NCBI GenBank assembly: GCA_000708835.1
Contig: DF237558.1
Location: 1-33,284, forward strand
DNA length: 33,284 nucleotides
Origin: Klebsormidium nitens
Taxonomy: Eukaryota; Plantae; Klebsormidiophyceae
Direction: 5' to 3'
The notes beneath the pieces were generated by a model that had not been told where the DNA came from, searched no databases, and saw only the letters and a program-made list of their open reading frames with translations. This document shows positions 30,119 to 33,284 of this stretch, in pieces. A program made the position numbers and the translations under genes. Numbering within the stretch: position 1 is the first letter of the stretch; every line of letters begins with the position of its first letter.

Positions 30119-30571
30119 TCAAACGCATTTGTTTCTGGTAACCTTGCTGATCCTGAACCAGAACTCGGGTTCTAATTTGCCATCAATAATATCAGTGAGT
30201 GTAGCAACACTGTCAATGTTATCTTTCGCCTCTCCGTTATTGAATTTTGCGTGATATTCAACGGAATCAACTACAAAGATTGACTTCAGTTTCGTCACTT
30301 GGTTTGTGGCGTTTTGTTGAATATACTCGACCAAGTGACGCAACCCTCTTTTGTACACAGTGAGCCACCCGTAAATCATATGTTCTTTGAAGAATGCCTT
30401 CTGACCTGCTTTTGCTCCTATAAAATCATCCAGTTGCAAACGACACTTTTCAAGAAACACCATAGTCTCGTAAGGATCCATCTCTTTTATGAGATTTTCA
30501 GTGATTTCATCCATCTTAACTTCATCCTTGCTGAAGAAGACCAATCTCTGTTCGGGTGTAAGGGCATCCAT
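30119..30571 (-). CDS. Hypothetical protein, 150 aa
   Basis: ATG ORF with an A-tract/TTGAATTTTGC motif at 30601-30621, ~30 bp upstream. Confidence 0.7.
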   Translation of the reverse strand: MDALTPEQRLVFFSKDEVKMDEITENLIKEMDPYETMVFLEKCRLQLDDFIGAKAGQKAFFKEHMIYGWLTVYKRGLRHLVEYIQQNATNQVTKLKSIFVVDSVEYHAKFNNGEAKDNIDSVATLTDIIDGKLEPEFWFRISKVTRNKCV

Positions 30572-31914
30572 TTTCTAATGTTGATATCTTTCGACATTCG
30601 GCAAAATTCAATTTTTTTTTTCGAATGAGAACATAATATCCATTGTAAAATAACTTTTCTTCGGTGAATTCTTTCGTGGGGATGGTCTTGGCATGGTGCA
30701 AAAATCTCTTAATGAGAGTGTCAGTTCGTATCTCATAGTCTTTCTTGTTCTTGAGGTACATAACGCCTGTCTTCTTGTTCACTGCGAAGCAGCTCAAATG
30801 TCTGTTCTGCTCCTTATCGAGGTACTTGTCTGGGTTGAAGCGGAGCATCACTACAGGTCGAGTCCCCAAATTGAACATGATCTCCATGCTACGTCGGTTC
30901 TCGCACATCTCGTCCCTGTCGTTGTGCTGGTCTTCGTCGTTCTCGATGATGATAACATGCGTGAACATGTCGATCAGAAAGTCGGGGCGTCTGTCTCTGC
31001 AGCCCCCCGACCCATCCACGTCGATCCTCTTGTTGTAGGTAAACTCGTAATCCTTCAGGCGTTCTTTCAGTACTTCTTTGAGAGCACGCTCTTTGGTTAG
31101 ATAGTTTCGGACGGACTGGCTCGTCAGGAAACAGGTTGACATAGCAAAAGAAGCAGTAACCTTTATACTTTTTTTGTACACGTGTATCGCAGTGGTCAGA
31201 CTAGCATTTGGAATTAACAACGTCTTCCATGTCTACTTTTGCATGGTTTTGGCAAAATCGCCCCATCTTTTCGCCAACGTTGTTGAAAATTGGTTGTGTG
31301 TTACAACCCTCATGCTCGCACCTTTTGTTGACAACATCTTCCATACCTGATTTCTTATGATTTTCACAATATTTTCCCTTGGTCTCGCCTTTGCTGTTAA
31401 AAGTTGGTCGGATTTTGCATCCATCTTGTTTGCATCTCGAGTTTTTTACGTCATCCATACCTGGTTTTTTGTGTTTTTTACAGTATCGATCAGTCTTCTC
31501 AGTAGGGTTGTTGAAGTTTGGTTCGGTATTGCACCCAACGTGCTCGCATTTTTTGTTTACAACGTTTTCCATACCATCTGTTTTGTGTTTTCCACAATAT
31601 CGACCAGTCTTCTCATCAGGATTGTTGAACTTTGGTTGCGTCTTGCATCCCTCATGCTCGCATGTGGGTGAAACGAGATCTTCCATTCCTGATTTCTTGT
31701 GTTTTCCACAGTATCGCCCTTCGGTCTCATTAGGGTTATTGAATTTTGGTCGAATCTTGCATCCCTTATGTTCGCACCTTCTTTTCTCGACGACGTTTTC
31801 CATCCCTGGTTTTTTGTGTTTTCCACAAAATTGTGGTGGACATTGAAAACCCTGAGTCGCTCGAGTTCCACACCTCACTCCATCATCGCCGACATACTTG
31901 CACCTACTGACCAT
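30522..31914 (-). pseudogene. Second EsV-1-7-like repeat + PD-(D/E)XK nuclease gene, disrupted between the repeat array and the nuclease
   Basis: True start at ATG 31914 (MVSRCKYVGDDG). Six Cys/His units, five of them 38 aa. In-frame TAG at 31203-31201 (C*SDHC versus CKSDHC in the intact paralog), then an extra C at ~31113 shifts into the nuclease frame (RPDF...IIIENDEDQH...LRFNPD...KLFYNGY). Confidence 0.85.
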
Positions 31915-31971
31915 CTTGCTAACGGTACTCGGGATCGAAGCAAAATTCAAATTTTTTTCCAACCAGACATA

Positions 31972-32454
31972 ATGGCAATCACATTCAAGCAACTTCAAAA
32001 AGTACTGCCTAACGACATCGTGGAAAAAATAGTTTTGCTCAAACTCGAGAAGGAAATCAAAACTGATCCGATCGCCTTCGTGATGAACGGAAAGACTGAA
32101 CTGACGCCCTACCGAAAGTTTCATGTGTTTGATCACATCGTCCAAGGAAAGGTCAACATGACTTCGATCAAATCCTTTTTTAAATTGTACGAGCAATATA
32201 AGGAGAATGAACATTTCTTGAGTTGTTTTTGGCGTGCTTTATACTTTCGTCTTATCAATAATCATCAGAGACATGATAAATACTGGAAAAATGTCAATGA
32301 CTTTATCCTTGAATGTCGTGCTCTCTGGTGTAATTCAAACCACAAGCCATATAAGGTTGATCATGCAAAAAAACCATCAACATGTCTCAAAATGCCCAGA
32401 AAGAATAGCAAAATGTACAAGGCTTTCACGTGGTTCTTTGCAATAGCGGACTGA
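31972..32454 (+). CDS. Hypothetical protein, ~160 aa; F-box-like LPxDI motif near the N-terminus
   Basis: Likely start at ATG 31972 (MAITFKQLQKVLPNDIVEKIV); the longer track ORF overlaps the repeat gene antisense. Confidence 0.65.
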   Translation: MAITFKQLQKVLPNDIVEKIVLLKLEKEIKTDPIAFVMNGKTELTPYRKFHVFDHIVQGKVNMTSIKSFFKLYEQYKENEHFLSCFWRALYFRLINNHQRHDKYWKNVNDFILECRALWCNSNHKPYKVDHAKKPSTCLKMPRKNSKMYKAFTWFFAIAD

Positions 32455-32457
32455 GAC

Positions 32458-32649
32458 TTATTCAGACCATTTCCAACCAGGAATAGTTTCTATCAAGCGA
32501 ATTCGTGCATCAGACAGTTCACCGTTTTTATATTGACGCCTTCGTGCTTCTTGCCACAGTTTTGTTCCATAGTCTTCATTACTGTTGAACTTGCAAGTCG
32601 GATCGGACAATTTGTTGCCTTTGCAACGACAGCAGCGGCACTCTGTCAT
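32458..32649 (-). CDS. Stand-alone helicase-associated (HA) domain protein, 63 aa
   Basis: KLWQEARRRQYKNGELSDARIRLIETIPGWKW matches the HA-domain pattern (W...QR..YK.G.LS..RI..L...G..W). An A-tract/TTTTGAATTTTAC motif lies upstream at 32678-32701. Confidence 0.62.
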   Translation of the reverse strand: MTECRCCRCKGNKLSDPTCKFNSNEDYGTKLWQEARRRQYKNGELSDARIRLIETIPGWKWSE

Positions 32650-32713
32650 GGTTGCTGCTTTCCGACCATAAATCTCCAGTAAAATTCAAAAGTTTTTTTT
32701 TCGAGGACTCAAA

Positions 32714-33127
32714 TTAGTCTTCTTTTCGCAATTTGATGGTAAACTGAACTCCGACACGATAAGATGCATGATATGCACTTACTTTTATTGATTTTCCTTC
32801 AAATATAGGATACCTATATTGAACATATCGATCGTCCTCATTTTCGGCATCATAATCGTAAAGTAGTGATGTCATTGCAAGATGAAACAATTTCTTTTTT
32901 TTTGATACAGGTAGTTCCATATACTGATAATTTGCATCATCATCTTCGTCGTCATAAGGGTTTTCGACGTATTCGTAAAACACTAAATTATGGGTATTAA
33001 ACGATGTCATTTTATCAAGTGGAATTTCATCGTCTATTCGGTATTTATCTCCGTCAAAAACGTCTCCTACGACATTTCTATATATCCTTCCATCTGTTCT
33101 GTTAGGAATATGGATAATAGTCTCCAT
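32714..33127 (-). CDS. Hypothetical acidic protein, ~137 aa
   Basis: ATG 33127 (METIIHIP) lies directly inside the right TIR, mirroring ORF 8703. Confidence 0.65.
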   Translation of the reverse strand: METIIHIPNRTDGRIYRNVVGDVFDGDKYRIDDEIPLDKMTSFNTHNLVFYEYVENPYDDEDDDANYQYMELPVSKKKKLFHLAMTSLLYDYDAENEDDRYVQYRYPIFEGKSIKVSAYHASYRVGVQFTIKLRKED

Positions 33128-33145
33128 TTTGAAAGTAAGAAGGAA

Positions 33146-33284
33146 GGGGTAATAAGACGGTCGGAAGTCTCCAGTAAAATTCAAATTTTTTTTTGGAGGA
33201 TTCGGGAGGATGATTTTGAAGTGATAAAGTGCAGGATTCAAAAAGACTTGAAAAAGATCCAGATGAAAGACAATATACCGCCCC
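33146..33284 (-). repeat. Right terminal inverted repeat (truncated by the window end)
   Basis: 33172-33280 is the exact reverse complement of 8552-8660. Confidence 0.93.

Larger units (their letters stand above)
7937..33284. mobile_element. Endogenous Polinton-like virus (integrated dsDNA virus with TIRs); extends beyond the window
   Basis: Abrupt switch from GC-rich intron-containing DNA to AT-richer, intron-less, tightly packed ORFs at ~7,937. Contains an MCP-like ORF, penton-like ORFs, a packaging ATPase, a tyrosine recombinase and fibres. Inverted repeats are present at both ends. Confidence 0.92.

Noticed and set aside
12589-31203. Alternative genetic code (TAG = Gln) to explain two in-frame TAGs
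   Set aside because: TAG terminates other genes at plausible ends (e.g. 11047, 29270), long ORFs have no internal TAG, and frameshifts co-occur, so mutation is the simpler explanation.
31699-32214. N-terminal extensions of track ORFs 31201-32214 and 31699-32454
   Set aside because: They overlap each other antisense. Paralog alignment and promoter-motif position put the real starts at 31914 (-) and 31972 (+).
7937-33284. Classification as a Maverick/Polinton or a Lavidaviridae virophage
   Set aside because: No protein-primed PolB or retroviral-type integrase (Polinton hallmarks) and no cysteine maturation protease (virophage hallmark) were recognised; the MCP N-terminus fits PLVs better.

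Overview
The window has two parts. (1) Positions 1 to ~7,936 are GC-rich, intron-containing eukaryotic host DNA, most like a green-lineage alga. It holds a two-exon GRP7/8-like glycine-rich RNA-binding protein gene (+) and a ten-exon CDT1 replication-licensing gene (-) that I reconstructed exon by exon. (2) From ~7,937 to the window end lies an AT-richer, intron-less, gene-dense endogenous DNA virus of the Polinton-like virus (PLV) type. It is bounded by terminal inverted repeats: 8552-8660 is the exact reverse complement of 33172-33280, and the right end runs past the window, so I infer ~26 kb in total. It encodes a major capsid protein, a penton, a second penton-like paralog, an A32/FtsK-type packaging ATPase, a tyrosine recombinase, fibre proteins and several nucleases. 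I recognised no DNA polymerase, primase, helicase, retroviral integrase or cysteine protease between the TIRs. Notable features: (a) three independent copies (intact, disrupted, internally deleted) of a promoter-carrying Cys/His-repeat + PD-(D/E)XK nuclease cassette with different repeat numbers; (b) an AAAATTGA-like motif upstream of most non-structural genes, resembling the giant-virus early promoter; (c) a non-coding array of paired GGGTACATTA inverted sites at 27.4-27.9 kb; (d) mirror-image hairpins and AT-rich palindromes in the TIR; (e) several genes hidden by single lesions, including a ~1,584-aa fibre gene split by a 4-bp deletion. All family assignments come from motif recognition by eye, not from database searches.
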